From NCBI RefSeq assembly GCF_009914755.1, contig NC_060938.1: a stretch of DNA of 64,000 bases. The stretch is one strand, 5' to 3'. Within the stretch, counting starts at the first letter, position 1. Each line of letters begins with the position of its first letter. Position numbers and translations under genes: made by a program. Below are positions 50,830 to 63,708 of this stretch, piece after piece. This DNA is from the human T2T-CHM13v2.0 reference genome, Homo sapiens. The notes beneath the pieces were generated by a model. It was not told the DNA's origin. It did not search any database and saw only the letters and a list, made by a program, of their open reading frames with translations.

Positions 50830-51060
50830 ATAGAAAGGCAAAACTGAATTTGGAGTCGCATGCTGAAAGCTGCCAACTGAGACATTGGGCACATCATGTC
50901 GTGTCTTACAACCTTGGTTTCCTCCTCTATCATGTGAAGGATGATTAATTCTTGGCCTTGCCCCTTTGTAGGATGGTTAAAGAGATGAAATTAAATAAGA
51001 GATAAAAGCAAAGCTTTCTATACTGTGAACTATTGTGCACATGTAAGTGGTTATTATTAA
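50830..51060 (+). mobile_element. MIR SINE
   Basis: ccttggtttcctcctctatcatgtgaagg...gtgcacatgtaagtggttattatt. Confidence 0.55.
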
Positions 51061-51884
51061 TTAGTTTGGTTTAGAGCATAAAGTGGTTTCCTAAAGCTTA
51101 AATAATAAGCACGTAAAGAACCAAGAGGAGAAATATTTATAGAAAAGATGTTTGCTTTCCCTTGCATGAATTATCAATTGCTCTCATCTGGTGTTTTAAT
51201 TAACAAGGTGTGTGATTTTTTAATTTAAATAAGATTAAGTCTCTGGAAAGAAGAATAGCAGAAGAACATGAATTATATAATAAAAAATACCTAACAATGG
51301 TTGAGATGAAGTGATTATCTAGAAACAGAAAGAATCTTGTTAAACTCTTGGAGGGGACTATACTGATTAGTTCTATTGTTGAGGTTGCATTTTTTTTTCC
51401 ACTTCAGATAACATTCACCTATTTTCAAATTCCTTTTCGGACTTTATATCTTTCTCACATCCTAATACATTTTTCTGACACTTCCCTATCAGGTTCTATG
51501 GCATAATCAGAAAGCAAAAGGCCCATATTGAAGGAAACAGTGACGTCTATGGCTTTTCCCAGAAGGAAGCCCGTGAGTTCCTTTAGAATCCTGCAAAATC
51601 AGGAGATGATTCGTTGGGTCACCGGGGACAAAAGACTGGGAGCACCTGTATTTCTTCTCACTCATTATTTACATACACTGCATCACAAAAAGAGGCTAAT
51701 TTCTTAGTATTTCAGGTTCCTTTCCCGCTTGCCCTTCCCTATGTCTCCCAGCCTAAGGCAAAACTTCCATCCCTGGGAAGACATCGCAGTGGTCTCCAAA
51801 GGATGTCCAGCCTCCAGCCTGACAATCCCAGTCCCGGATGTATGTCCCAGTCAGAGACTATTCACAAACAACATGAGAAGACTC

Positions 51885-53425
51885 CCACTTCCAGCTAACT
51901 TGTACTAACAGGGACCACACATTCATTCTCACTTGAGTCAATTGAAAAACAACAACAAAATATTTAGAACAACAGTTTTAATCAAATTAACGTGAGGCAA
52001 AAAAGCAGGGTTCCCTGAAATATGGGCAGCGCATGAAGTAAACCCTATCATTTCCCCCCAGCTTACTGCTTAGACAGAGTTTTTAGAACACTGGGGAATA
52101 GAGGCAGAGCCCAGTGTCTTCCTGAGGTGAAGCAATGCAGCTGGGAGGCCATGGAGGGAAGGACTGCAGGAGTTTTCAGAATGAAGTAGCAGAAAGGAAA
52201 GAGCTACACAGGAAGAAAAACTCTGAGAAAGGCTTTTCTCTAATCTTCAACAGAATCCAGTAGTCTCTCTTACCCGTGGTTTTGCTTTTCACGGTTTCAG
52301 TTACCCGAAGTAAAGTACAATAAGGTATTCTGAGAGAGAGAGAGAGATCACATTCACATAACTTTTATGACAGTATATTGTTATGTGTTCCATTTTTATT
52401 ATTCTTGTTAGTCTCTTACTATGCCTAAGTTATACATAAAACTTCATCATAGGTATGCATGTATTAAAAAGCATTGTATATACAGGGTTTGGTAATACTC
52501 AGGGTTTCAGGCACCCACTGGGGGTCTTGGAATGTATCCTTTAAGAGTAAGAGGAGACTATTGTACTGGTCATTGCATCCATGCGAGAAAACTCCTCAAG
52601 GAGAGAGCTGCCTGAAAGGATAACAGGGAACTGTCTTTAGATACCTCCAGAAATAATTTCTGTTCTCTCCAGCCAGAGTGGAAAACACACAGCTCGGAGT
52701 ATTGGGTAGAATTCTCAAAGCAGTGTTACCTCTGTTGCAGAGAAAAATTAGCTCTAGACTAAATACTGCTCTGGTCCCTCCTAACAAAGCTTAAAAGCAA
52801 GATTTAAAAGACTCAAACTATGTTTAAGTAACTTAGCCAGGACCTGAAACAAAGTTCAAAAATACTTTTTCAAACACAAAAATGTCTAGCACCCAACAAG
52901 ACTAAATTTACCATGTTTGGCATCTAATAAAAAATTACCAGGCATCCGCACAAGGAGGAAAATACAGATGGCAATGAGAAGAAAAACCAGTCAAAATTAA
53001 CCTAGAAACTACACACATAATAGAATGAGTAGACAAAAAGTAAAGTAGATAAATAGAACATACAAAAAGACCAAATTAAGCTTTTAGAGGTAAAAACTAC
53101 AGTGCTTAAATTGAAAAATGCACTAAATAGGATTAAGGAAAGATTAGATATTGAAGAAGGAAGTATTACGAAACTCGAAGTCAAAACAATAGACAGTTTT
53201 CAAACTAAACAAAGTGAACAACAAAATGGGGAAAAATTAAACCAAGTATCAGTGAGTTGTGTGATGACTTCAGTCTAATATATGTCTAAAGAGTAGAAGG
53301 AAAAGAGGAGTACTTTGATTATGGTGATGGTTTTATAGATGGTGTCAAAACTCATCAAATCATGCACAAAAAAGATACAGTTTAATTCTGGTCAATTAAG
53401 TATCCATAAAGGTGTTTTTAAAAAC
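51885..53425 (+). mobile_element. L1MD/L1MC-type element: 5' UTR and ORF1 start joined to the 3' terminus
   Basis: aattagctctagactaaatactgctctggtccctcctaacaaagcttaaaagc 5' motif; ORF1 relic; then tgattatggtgatggtttt...gtcaaaactcatcaaat 3' terminus. Confidence 0.7.
52258..52563 (+). mobile_element. MER44A (Tigger7) DNA transposon
   Basis: TIRs cagtagtc... and ...gactattg; internal cacattcacataacttttat and caggcacccactgggggtcttggaa; TA on the right flank. Confidence 0.92.
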
Positions 53426-53429
53426 ACAC

Positions 53430-53900
53430 CAAATATGGCCCTATTCCTCCCAGTCTTATTCTTTCAGTGGCTTTCTATAATTGTCAGAGTGAAGGCTGGG
53501 CTTTGGGGGAGCAATCTGACCATTCCCTACAACCATTTCTGGGCTGCTCCTCTATACCCCTTCACTTTCAACCTATTTGAAACTCACTCACTCATCAGGT
53601 CCTGGACCATGACTTTGCTGCTCTTCCACCATTGCTTTATTGTTCCCTCTTAGAATGCGCTTTGGCCATATCCTCCAGTTAACTCCTACATACTTTCAGA
53701 CTTCACTTCTAGTTTTCCTCTGCAAAATTGTCTTGAATCCCCTTCTCTCATTCCTGCCTTGACTCTTCACAGTGGGAGATTCATACCTCTTTCCACAGCT
53801 TGTGCATTCTCCCCATCTGTCCCGTCCCACTCTACTGTGGGTTACATGAGAGAGGGATTTTATTTATCACTGTGATCTTCAGTAGCAGAAGTAGTGGAGG
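53430..53900 (+). mobile_element. L2 fragment
   Basis: ttcagtggctttctat...tagaatgcgct...aactcctacatactttcaga. Confidence 0.55.
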
Positions 53901-55149
53901 TAGTCATATTTCTTTCTGGTCCTGCTGTGCTTAGCATAGTATTGAGTACACAGTAGGAGCAATGGATATTTTTGAAATAATATATGAAAAAGATAATTTG
54001 GAGAGTTTACCCAGAATATGTCCTAGCCCAGGGAATCTCAAATCCACAAAGAAAGGGTCACATTTAGATTCTTGCAGAGAGCAAAACAGGATGGCCTGTG
54101 GAAGTTCTACGTTTTTACTCCCGGGGCTCACAGATCAATCTAGAGATGGAGAATCTTTGTTAATGGAAGAAGGGGTGGAAAGAGAGAGAGAAGACGAGGA
54201 GGTAATCTCGGTCTTCCCAAGGCAACTTAAAGCAAACAATGCTTTCTAATCTTCCAAACAGCTGTCAGGTTAAAAAGACGTGGTTTATATTCAAAATGTC
54301 TATTTTTAGCACACTGGTGGAGATGAGAGTTATGCTTAGGTGATTAATAGCAAAACTCTCATCTGATAAACCAAGCTCATGCTATCGCTTTCATTTTCAT
54401 GGGGGAAAACAGGGAATTTCTCAGGTCCCTTTACCCCAGGAAATCTCAGTACTTTTCCTCTTACCTTTTCTCTGAAGGTGGCTCTGGCTGTGTTGCAGAA
54501 CAGAGACACACTTGTGAAATATTCAGGAGCTGAAGTCCCCCAGTTCTGTCTTTTTCTCAGTTTAAACAGTGAGCAGGTAAAAAAGGTGTAAGGCAACGTG
54601 TCTGTGAGTCTCTTTTGAAATCTTTGCTTGAATTACATTGTTATCTGCACTTCTGAGCAACAGACAACTGGGCCATTGAGCATGAGGAAGACCGAATGCC
54701 AGGCAGTCAGCACCCCACGCTGCTCTGCTGGGGTTTAGGCTGCTGGGGGAGGCAAAGGGAGGAGTCCCAGGAAGGCAGAGGAGAAGATGATTTTCTCCAC
54801 CAAGGACTTTCAGGAAGCTTAGAGCTCCCTGTGCCGTCTGAGCACCGAGCTCCCCTACGAGATTCAACTCAAAGTTTGGCTTCAAAATAAACTCCAGGCA
54901 ACTGAAAGACAGTACTTAGGCACTTAAATTAAAATCAAGCGTGAGATGAGTGGTTTTGTTTTCTATGGGGAGGTGGGCAGTTGAATTTTTAACATCTTTT
55001 ATTGTTGTAATCTTCAAACATACGTAAAAATAAAGAGGAAAGCATAAACATTCTTATTCATTAATCACTTAGTTTCAACAACGATTAAACTTTATTTTTT
55101 TAATTAGAGGGAAGGAGCAATATATATGACTAACATGTCATGGGCACCA

Positions 55150-55370
55150 GGGGGTTGGAGGTAAAGCAACGTGGGCTTTGCAGGGATCGACTTTGGATTC
55201 AAAATCCTCAGCACCCTCTCACAGGGTATGACTACAGCCAGTTTCCTAATTTCAGAGTCCCACTTCACTTATTACACAATATAAATGAAGGTATCTATGT
55301 GACAGAATCATATTGTATACAAATTGAATAAGAAGTATAGAACCAGTCCCAGAGCAGGTGCTTAGTACGA
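55150..55370 (+). mobile_element. MIR SINE
   Basis: gtgggctttg...ggattcaaaatcctcagcacc. Confidence 0.55.
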
Positions 55371-55716
55371 CCACGATGATCACTGTCTTGAGATGCATCA
55401 GTTAATCATCTCACAGGAATAAAAGCCCAGGGGAAAGTCAGAATATTTTAACCCAGGCCAAGTCAGGCAGAGGCCTGAATCTGGCAGGTAGGGGATTTTC
55501 CCAATATGTTTTCATGGAAACAATCTATGCCAAAAAGCCTCAAGTTCGCACATGTTACAAATAAGACAGATGCATTTCTAATGGCAGAGGAAGGGAAAGA
55601 CTACATAGAATTTATTTCTTTGTCTTCTAATTTCATAGCAAACAGTTAACCATTTACAATCTCTGTAAGGTCTGTGGGGTTTCAGTGCTGAAACTCTAAC
55701 ACATATTGCCTAGGTG

Positions 55717-55945
55717 AATGGCCCTCAATCATGGGCAATTTTGCCCTCCAGGGGATATTTAACAATGTCTGGAGACAATTTTGGTTGTCATAACTGGGGC
55801 TGGGCAGGGTGGCTAGTGGTAGCTAGTGGGTAGAGGTCATGGATGCTGCTAAACATTTTACAGTGCACAGGAAATACCCACCACCACCACAGCATAAAAT
55901 TACATAGCCCTAAGTGTCATTAGTACTGGGGCTGAAAAAACCTTT
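55717..55945 (+). mobile_element. MER20 hAT-Charlie MITE
   Basis: ttttgccctccaggggatattt...caatgtctggagaca...ctagtgggtagagg...gatgctgctaaacat. Confidence 0.9.
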
Positions 55946-55954
55946 GGATAGCCC

Positions 55955-56165
55955 CAAACAGATCAAGCTTTGAGGTCAGCAGAATTGTATTGAATCTTGA
56001 CTCTGTAGCTTACTAGCTTGGGCAACTTTCTGTAAATTTCTCTCTGTATAATTTGGGGAAGAGAATACCTTTACAGGTATGTCTGCTTAATCTAAGATAA
56101 TATGTAGAATGTGTTGAACTTTGTACTTGACAACATGTAGACACTCAATAAGTGGCAACTACTGA
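55955..56165 (+). mobile_element. MIR SINE
   Basis: ttgaatcttgactctg...cttactagcttgggcaa...cactcaataagtggcaact. Confidence 0.65.
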
Positions 56166-56408
56166 AATTGCTCATTCATTGTTGTAGTTTGTGATATTGT
56201 CAATAATAATACTCAATTTATTTTTTAGAAACTTTGATAAACCAAGTGAAGATCTAGATCTGCAGAGAAACACTAATCCTGACTTAGGAGCCTGGTGTGA
56301 AAAATCAGAAACTGCCAAGGGAAACTGTACTCAAAAGAGCACTGGATATGGGGTCATTGAGGAGCAGGTGGACTCTCCACTGGGAAATGGAAAACATCAA
56401 CTTTTAAC

Positions 56409-56613
56409 CCTAGTTTTTCAACCATAGCACTATTGACAATTAGGCCTAGGTAATTCTTTGTTGCCATAGGGGTCTGCCCTGGACACTGTAGGATATGCGA
56501 CAGCATCCCTGAACTCCACCCACTAAATGCCAATAGCATCTCCATGCCCTTAGTGTGATAGCCAAGATGTGTCTTCAGACATAATCAAAATAACCCCCAG
56601 TTGAGAACTAGTG
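56409..56613 (-). mobile_element. MER20 hAT-Charlie MITE
   Basis: gcactattgaca...taattctttgttg...cagcatccctg...cccactaaatgccaatagca...ccagttgagaactagtg. Confidence 0.88.
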
Positions 56614-58039
56614 ATTTGAACAAATAATGGCAAATACAGAGTATTCTGCCAACAACACCACACACTGTCCTTTCAGCCTCCACCCCCACCCCATCCCTAA
56701 AGCAGGTGCCACTCATCACTCCTGGCACCATATGCTGCTGAGCCCAACATAGACCTAGATATTGTGTCCACCCAGCATACCAGACAACCACTGTAGATCT
56801 ATTCTTTTGAAACTTTTTACCCATTCAAATTTAGACTCCTCCTGTCCATGCCTTAATTTGCTTCTCTGCAGCATATGAAGTATCTTCTACTTCTCAACAA
56901 AGTCTCCTGGCTGCCCCCACCTCCCGTGCCCTAATTACCGATTGTCTTGAACATCCATTCCCGCTATCATTCCACTGGTCCACCTTCGACAGTCCTTCCA
57001 ATGCACTGGATACCATTAAGGTGCTTTCTCAGAGATTCCTGAATTTCTCTCCTGTTTATTAAAATGCAGGTTTCTCCAAGATGAAAGGGTTAGTGATTAT
57101 TTTTCGATATTAATGTTATTGTTTTCCTGAAGCTTCTGTTGTTCCGTAATTCAAGGACCCCTTGTCGAATCCCATATGTAGCATGTTTATTAGATGTAAT
57201 ATTTTATCTCTCGGACTCAGTGCCTGACACTATCATTTCCTTCTTATTTCAATAAAAATGATCTCCCTCCTCGTGGTTCTGACAGGAGCTAATGGTTTTC
57301 TTTATCACAAGAGAAAGTAAGAGTGGGCAGTGCTAAAAGACAAAATGAACTGTATATATTTGTGCCTTAATTCAATTTATACCATAAACTCCAATCTTAA
57401 CAAAGTAACTTCCTAGTATTAGATAGAACAAAAGAAAAAGCCACTGTGAAAGTCTAGGGGCTGCCAATTTTTCTGGATTTGCAGATGGTAGATTTGAAAA
57501 ACAATATTTAAATGTAACTTTGTGGAAATAGAAGGCACCTGCCCCAAATGGCTCAAGTGATTTCTGATTTTCCTTCCTTTTTTTTTTTCCTGTCTTTTTA
57601 CTTCTTGGTGTATATGGGGGTGTGGAGAAGCTTTCCGTCCCTGTAGCTTAATCAAGTGCTAATAGAAGCAAGTACAATGATAATTGACAGAAGCACAATA
57701 TTAGCTGTTTGATGAGAATTCCTCTCTGCATGTAAATTCCAGGTGGATTCTGCCAAGCCTTGTAAATTTGTTACCAAAAAAAAAAAAAAAAATAACCTTT
57801 TTTCAGTGCACAGTTGGGTCATGAACATTCCCGTAGGGAGCTAGGAGTTTTATATCAAATGCCAAACCATTGTGAAAATAGGATTGTTTGAAAAGCACTT
57901 CCTAGATACTATGTGGAGATGAAGATATGAGACAAAATTTGGAGCTTTACAAGTGCCGGCAACAGCGGGTCACCCCATTGTGTAGCGATCTCTCCATCTG
58001 TCTACGTTTGTGCAGAGAACCAATGTCTTTGAGTGCTAC

Positions 58040-58270
58040 ATGAAGGTCAAAAGCTCCAGGCATAGCCCAACTTGGTTTGGGGTTCAGGGTCTGTAACTAC
58101 CCAGCTGTGTAATCCCAACAAACATGTCTTAACCGGGGCAAGTGTTTGATCCTATAGAATGAGGACATGAGAATCTAGCCCCTTGGGTTACTGTCAGAAA
58201 TAAATGACACCTCTGTTCAGTGTTCAGTCATTCCTGCTACACACTAAGAACTCAATAAATGGCTACTCTA
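58040..58270 (+). mobile_element. MIR SINE
   Basis: cagctgtgtaat...ctatagaatgaggaca...ctcaataaatggctact. Confidence 0.55.
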
Positions 58271-58680
58271 CTCTTGCCCTATTATCCTGTTGCTCTCTTC
58301 AGTCAACATTGTTACATTCAGCCCTGGGGATTCTGACACGGAGTGGGCTGGAAGTCTCCATTCAAATGTCAAATCCACCAGTACTTGCAAGGCGCCCACT
58401 GGGACAGTATCCTGGAGTAGGTGTTGTAGGGAATTCAGAGATGAGTTTGACATGATCCCTGACTCCCACGGGCTCATTAGCTCTGGGGGAAGTATTTGTA
58501 AACACCATCCATTGCATATTGATGGCATGTCTCTACACTGACAGTAGGTGCATTGCTGCAGACCGGTGTGCTGTTGTTCAGGTAGAAGTGCTACTTCACA
58601 GAGTTTGAGTCCCTTTAGGGTAAGGCAAGTGCCGCTGCTGAATCACTTTTGCATCCCCAGTGTCTAGCACAGAGCCCAGC

Positions 58681-59050
58681 TCATTCACTCATTCATTCAT
58701 CATGTGTTCATCAGCAACATGTTTACTGAGGACCCACCATGTAGCAGATGATGATAGGGATGCATTGATGAACAAGGCAAACTTATGATCCCTGAGCTTA
58801 TAGACTTTGCATTTTGTTCAGGACAAAAGGCAGTAACCAGGCTCTAGCATCACACCTAGCAAAGAGACTTGAAACTGAGTCTTTGTTAGGTGAATAAATG
58901 AAAGTAAACACATACATATACACAAAGTCAATTCAGGTAGATGGTGTCATGAAAAAAGGAGCGAGGATGCTACAAGAGAGTAGTGCAGGAGGATGTGAGT
59001 TGATGTCAGGATCAGTGGGAAGTTTCTCAAGGAAGGATAAAGCACTGGAA
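58681..59050 (-). mobile_element. L2 3' end
   Basis: (TCAT)n tail, caacatgtttactgagga, gatgaacaaggca. Confidence 0.65.
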
Positions 59051-60079
59051 TCTTCTATTGACTTGGTATGCAGGACTTCCAAGGAAGACTTCCCTTCGGC
59101 TTGGCTGTGATGCTTCTAGCCTTCCTAGCTCATATTTCTCCCTTCTTACTGTACAAACTCTGTGTTTTCTTTGGGATGCCTGTCATCTGGGTGTGCAGTG
59201 GAAATGTGAAGTCTTGCCCTTTGAGAAAGCTAGGAATGAGAGTATATGCATTATCCTTCTTCAGGGAGTCATACAGTTTGCCATAGAGGGAGTTCTTAGG
59301 AGACTTGTTCAAAGGGAATTCTGCCAATGAGATCACACTTGGAAATGTTAACACATTCCATGCCTCTACTAACTTATTCACTGATTTGACAACTAATAAT
59401 CTGGTTCTTCCATGTGCCAAGCTCTGTGTTAGATCCTAGGCTACAAGGGTGAGGAAAACAGCAGGTGCCAATACAGTTCAGCCAGTCCAGGTCAGCAGCC
59501 ATTCAATACTTCTTCTGTTCCATGCACGCTGCTCAGTAGAGAGATTCTGAGAGGACCAACATAGAGTCCTGCTGGTTGGACAGTCCTTCTAGTGATAGAG
59601 ACAGAGGCATTAGCATCCAAGTTCAATATTCTGAGATAGTAACAATTTTTTGCTGTAATCCAGGGTCTGTCCCTTGCTAGCAGAAGTGGCAGCTGGTGGG
59701 CCAGGTACCACCTGCTTCTCACTGAGGAAACATGACTGTATCACCTCTCCAAGCACAACCTAGCCATTATTAGAATTCTGTGGAATTAGAATGGGACTCA
59801 CTTCAACAAATTACTGCTGCATTCTAGTTAGGACCTCTGAACCCCATCAAGGGACGAAGGACACACAAAGGAAATAAATCCAACCTCTGGCCTCAGGAAG
59901 CTCTCAGGCTAGTTTATCCACCGACTGCAGGTACATTTATTCCTCAATGCTTTTAATTCTCCCATTTTTAAAAAGATCAATAGCGTCTCCTAGCAAGACC
60001 CACAGACTAAAAGAGCAGGGATTACTTCATAAACAGCCATCATTTGTTCATGCCTACAATACCCTGTCTATTTCCCTAC

Positions 60080-60260
60080 TTACAATCCTTGCTCTGCATT
60101 GTCCTGGATGAGTGGCCTTGGGCAAGTTACTTCCCTTTGTGAGCCTTGATGTATTCATCTGTACAACGGAGACAATAACAGTTCCTACCATGTGGCATTA
60201 TGGTGAGGATGTGTGATCATGCAAATGAAATTCTTAGCATAGTGCCTGGCTCAGGTAGCC
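60080..60260 (+). mobile_element. MIR SINE
   Basis: ggccttgggcaagttacttccctttgtgagcc...catctgtacaacggagacaataac...cttagcatagtgcctggc. Confidence 0.85.
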
Positions 60261-62116
60261 ACAGAGTCCCTACAAAGGAGGATGTGGCCACTTATGATTT
60301 ATCATTTTACATTTAAAAAAACCAATCTAAGACTATTTTAATGGCATCAGATCATCAGTAGAAAAGATTCTTGAAAATTACATAAGGGCATGGGTGAACA
60401 TTTAGAAGGTGAATAGAGATGTCATATGGAAAGTTTACCATTAGAATGTACAGGAACCTAGTGGCTGTTCTTTATTTCAAAACTCCGATTCAGTATGTCT
60501 AGGTGAGAGCCTAAGCATCAGTATTCCTTTTTAAAAAACCCTACAGGTAGGGCTAAAACATTGAGCTTGCCTTTCAGAAAACAACTATTGAAAGCATGTA
60601 CACACGTACTATTTATCCATGCGCGCTATCCACATGCTCCTATAAATAGGAGACGTGGATAAAAAGAAAAGAAAAAACAAAACAAAGAATGAAGGGGTAG
60701 TGCGGGCATTTAAAAAAATGAAATTGATGAAAAGCTATTAGAATCAATTCAATTATATAATTCTTATCTTTAAAAATCAGATATGCATAAATTGCCTTCT
60801 CATAGCATTTCATCCCCAGCGACCTTGGTTTTCTTCAGTCTTTGTCAAACATTTCATAATAACTTGCACTGCATATTGGTAAGATCACAAAGCATGTATT
60901 CTGTGCAACAGGTTTTCTAGGTATTTTTACATAATGTTCCTAAATATGTATTTTTCCCAAAAGTGTACCGTGAGGGGGAAAAAAAAAAAACAACTATAGA
61001 TTCTTCAGATTATTTGCCTATTTTCTTGCAGCCTAAACCATAAAAACAGTCAATTAAAATGTTTGCAGAAAATCATCAGCACTGTGCCTTGATTATATTC
61101 CTAGTTGCATGCAATCCTTGGATTTATTTACTTATGGACTCTGGATTATACTGAAAGATGAATTGAATACTCAGTGTCCAATTTTTCTCTATTTGCAAAT
61201 TTATGTTCAGTGCAAAGTATAAACTGATTTATGTTCAAAACAACGTATAAACTGAAGACCTCATTTCCCCCAGCGTGTTCATGTATAAATTTATTAAAGC
61301 AACTCCCTTCCGCCCACCTCAGTGATACTATTTATTATAGAAAAAGGGAAGTCTCTTCTTCTGCATCGTTCCTATCTCTATTGACTTGATGCTTCCTCAT
61401 TTAGCAAATTCATGTGAGTTGAACAAGAAGGACAGAAATGATGTGAAATCCATCTTTTTTTTTCTTGGTTCTATCAACATAAGCACAAATGAAGAGAGAG
61501 AGAGAAAGAGAGGCAGAAACATACAAGAGGGCAGGGGGAAGGGAGAAGAAAAAAACAGGGACCCAGAGAGAGACCAAGGGACAGAGAGTGAAGGAAGCAT
61601 GCCAGGAGAGAAAGCTCCATTGCAGTAGTGATGGATAACTGAAGTGAAGGTTTCAGGATGGAATTATGTAAATTACCAAGACAGCCAAGCCATGCACTGA
61701 TGATTATAGAGGATGTGAACAATGTTGTGGTCCCCAGACACCCGTGAGCCTTGTTATTTTTCTTCCCTCCAACTACCCTTGGGGTGGATTCTTCCTGACC
61801 CTGGTCCTTGGGAAAAAAAAAAAAAATCTCGAGAAATAACTTCTTTCTAACCAACACACATATCTTAACTCCCCCAGCCAAGAAATTTTAAAAAAATGTA
61901 GAAGGAGGGATGTGACAAGTCTCTCCAAGGATCCTCCCCCTCCCTGGATGCCAACTAGACATCTTCAAACTGCCTTTTGTTTAGATCAGTGAAGCATTTG
62001 ACTTTATCAAGCGCCCTGATTGTGCCTTAGTTTCAAGGACACCACTTGAAGGAGAGAGTTTGGCAGCACAGACAGTGGCTCTGAGCTTATGAGATGATGA
62101 GGGGTAGCTTTTATTT

Positions 62117-62137
62117 TATATATATATATATATATAA
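62117..62137. repeat. (TA)n microsatellite
   Basis: TA dinucleotide run. Confidence 0.9.
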
Positions 62138-62804
62138 ATATAAATACCCCCAACTTAGGAATGTATATTTTAAAATATGCTAATTATATGCCATCTGCAC
62201 TCTTACTGTGGGATGAGAGCTGGTCAATGGTACTCTGTTGATCGTAGTTGAGGGCTTAGCAGCACAGAACTAAACTTTGAAATTTGTAGACTTCCTCGAA
62301 ATTAAAAACATATACATAAAATAAGCAGGGATACTTCAACTATTACTTAATATTCCTAGATTTTTATTTATTTATAGTTATTTAATTATGTGTAAAATAT
62401 TTATTGACAATTCATGTTGTGCCTGGTCCCTACAAGGTTTTGGGACCACAGAGATTAATACCAAATAGTTCTGGCCCCTGAGGAGTCATCAGCCTAATGG
62501 GGAAAACAAGCATGGAAAGAGATCATTACAGAACAACATAATACCTAGTTTATTAGAGGGGCTGTGATTAGTGGAAAAAACTACTGTCCCTCCCATGAAA
62601 AACACATTTGCCTGTCTTTCTCCCCTATTTCACATGTCAGTGCTTGGAGTAAACTGATCATGCTTGATCTCCCGGTTCAGCCTCAGATGCCTGGGATAGT
62701 GCTTCGTGCATGCCATAGTCATGAACTGGCTGATGTTAGAAAAGTCAGCTTGTTTTATAATTATAAAATTTAATAAGCTAAAGGTTTAATTTAAGTATCA
62801 AACT

Positions 62805-63640
62805 CGTTCAATTATTCTTCCTTTTCATCAACCCACTTTTATGGAATGTTTGCTATTTGTCAGGCTCTGTGCTGTGAGTGGGGGATGCCATAGAGAATGA
62901 GATAGACAGTGTCAGCCATCAGGGAGCTTACTGCCCAGTGAAGAAAAGTGACGTTGATCAAATAACCACACAGATTAACAAATATGCACTGTGAAAATAC
63001 AGTTTGCTATGACAGTCTCCTGAGACCTTATCTAGTCTCACTATTGAAGAAATGACAGCCCAGCTGAGATCTTGACATGAATAGGAGACTACTTGGTGAA
63101 TGAGAGGGGCACAGATGGGTCAAGCACTCAAGGCAGAGCGAACACCATGTGCTAAGGCACTGAGGTGAGCAGGGATGTACCAGACTCCAAGAATTGAAAG
63201 AAAGTCAATTCTCTGGAACAGAAAGAGAGAAGGGAGAGAATAGCAAGATGAGGCTGGAAAGGTGAGAGATGTCCAGATCATAATACAAGGCCTCAAGTTT
63301 CACTAAGAGGAAGCTACTGAAAGTTCTTCAGTGGTGGAGCTATGTGATCAGATTTGTGTAGATTGTAGATACTAGGGTGGGCCCCTGCCATCATTGAGAA
63401 AACTCAATAAAGAAGACCACCAGTAACATGACTGTTGGTTTCACAGGGACAAAGATAGCCTGGTCTACCAGGACATTGGAAGAATGCAGAGAAAGAGATG
63501 AATTCAAAATATTTTTAGTGTATGAAATTGACAGAAGTTGGTAAATGATTGAAGTGGGGGAAAGGGGACTAGGGAGGAAGAGGTTTTAGGAACGTTTTCT
63601 AGATTTCTTATTTGCCCTGTTGGGTGAATGACTCACTAAG
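62805..63640 (-). mobile_element. L2 (L2a/b) 3' region
   Basis: ctatttgtcaggctctgtgct...ggcagagcgaacaccatgtgctaaggcactgagg...gatgaggctggaaagg...tgtgatcagatttgtg. Confidence 0.75.
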
Positions 63641-63708
63641 AGAGCACATCATAAAGCAAACTGAAATATTGGCTTTTTAAGCCAATCTATTATATTCCAT
63701 ATAGATCT

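Noticed and set aside
58590-58770. Tail-to-tail L2 ends as a possible L2-derived miRNA hairpin (miR-28/151 type)
   Set aside because: Only about 8 bp of clean complementarity (tgcatccc/gggatgca), too little for a pre-miRNA stem by eye.
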